Positions 63,290 to 64,000 of a DNA stretch of 64,000 nucleotides are shown here, piece after piece. Numbering within the stretch: the first letter of the stretch is position 1; the number at the start of each line of letters is the position of its first letter. A program made the position numbers and the translations under genes. Source of the DNA: an uncultured Methanosarcinaceae archaeon (lineage in GTDB: Archaea > Halobacteriota > Methanosarcinia > Methanosarcinales > Methanosarcinaceae); NCBI GenBank assembly GCA_963733675.1, contig CAVTET010000001.1, positions 800,001 to 864,000 on the forward strand. Direction: 5' to 3'. The notes beneath the pieces were generated by a model. The model saw only the letters and a program-made list of their open reading frames with translations, searched no databases and was not told the DNA's origin.

Positions 63290-63899
63290 ATGAAACAAAT
63301 TGAGGTAAATGATTGCGAAGAAGTATCATTATCAATGAGACTGATTATAGAAAACCTAAAAGAGGTAATTGATAAACTTGATAGGGAAGCCATAAAGGCG
63401 ATGCTCCAAAAAACAATTGACGGTAATCAAATTTTTGTAATGGGAGCCGGAAGATCGAGACTTGTTGGCAAAGCATTTGCAATGCGACTTATGCAGCTTG
63501 GACTTAGTGTGTATGTGGTCGGTGAGATCACAACTCCTGCTATTTTAGGATGTCGTGATTGCTATTTCTGGGTCCGGAGAAACCCATACTGTAGCTGACC
63601 TTGGAAAATTAGCAAAAGATATCGGCTCAACCCTTATAACAATTACATCTAAAAAAGATTCTACACTGGGTAGAATTTCCGATATTGCTGTGATCATTCC
63701 AAGCAAAACGAAAAATGACCATGATGAAGCCGGCTACCTTGAAAGACACATGCGTGGTGACTACAAAAACATCTCTCCTTTGGGAACTTCTTTTGAAATT
63801 ACTGCACTTGTTTTCTTGGACTCTGTGGTTAGCCAGCTGATTACGATAACCGGCGCTTCGGAAGCCGAACTTAAATCAAGGCACACGAACATCGAATAA
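63290..63899 (+). pseudogene. hxlB: 6-phospho-3-hexuloisomerase, single frameshift at ~63549
   Basis: IFVMGAGRS, VVGEITTPA | DVVIAISGSGET, PLGTSFE, RHTNIE. Confidence 0.88.
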
Positions 63900-64000
63900 A
63901 GTCTGAAGATCAACCGAAAGAGAGAACATTTCAGAAGTAGTGAATTGAGGAATATAGGGGAGTTCACTTTTTGTAGATCAAATCGTGATGGTCGAAATTT

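Overview
Archaeal DNA, assigned to Methanosarcina from the 16S-tRNA(Ala)-23S-5S operon and gene content. Intact housekeeping islands (cgi121, rRNA operon, aroA, polB, a PhoU-type regulator, a TlyA-like methyltransferase, kdpABC plus a kinase-less KdpD) sit in an AT-rich, heavily eroded background of IS5, IS200, IS6 and ISH3-like relics, MITEs and many pseudogenes. The best leads are: (1) a promoter-preceded, ~180-nt structured RNA candidate at 23619-23796 built from two copies of one core motif; (2) two secreted low-complexity repeat proteins with similar signal peptides, each beside the same non-coding module, which is 'empty' at 20.0-20.6 kb and 'filled' by 1.4 kb at 49.7-51.6 kb; (3) a kdpABC operon whose KdpD lacks the kinase domain, with no kdpE in the window; (4) a GC-rich deacetylase gene enclosed by nested IS6-end inverted repeats. 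All family assignments are by eye from motifs; no searches were run.
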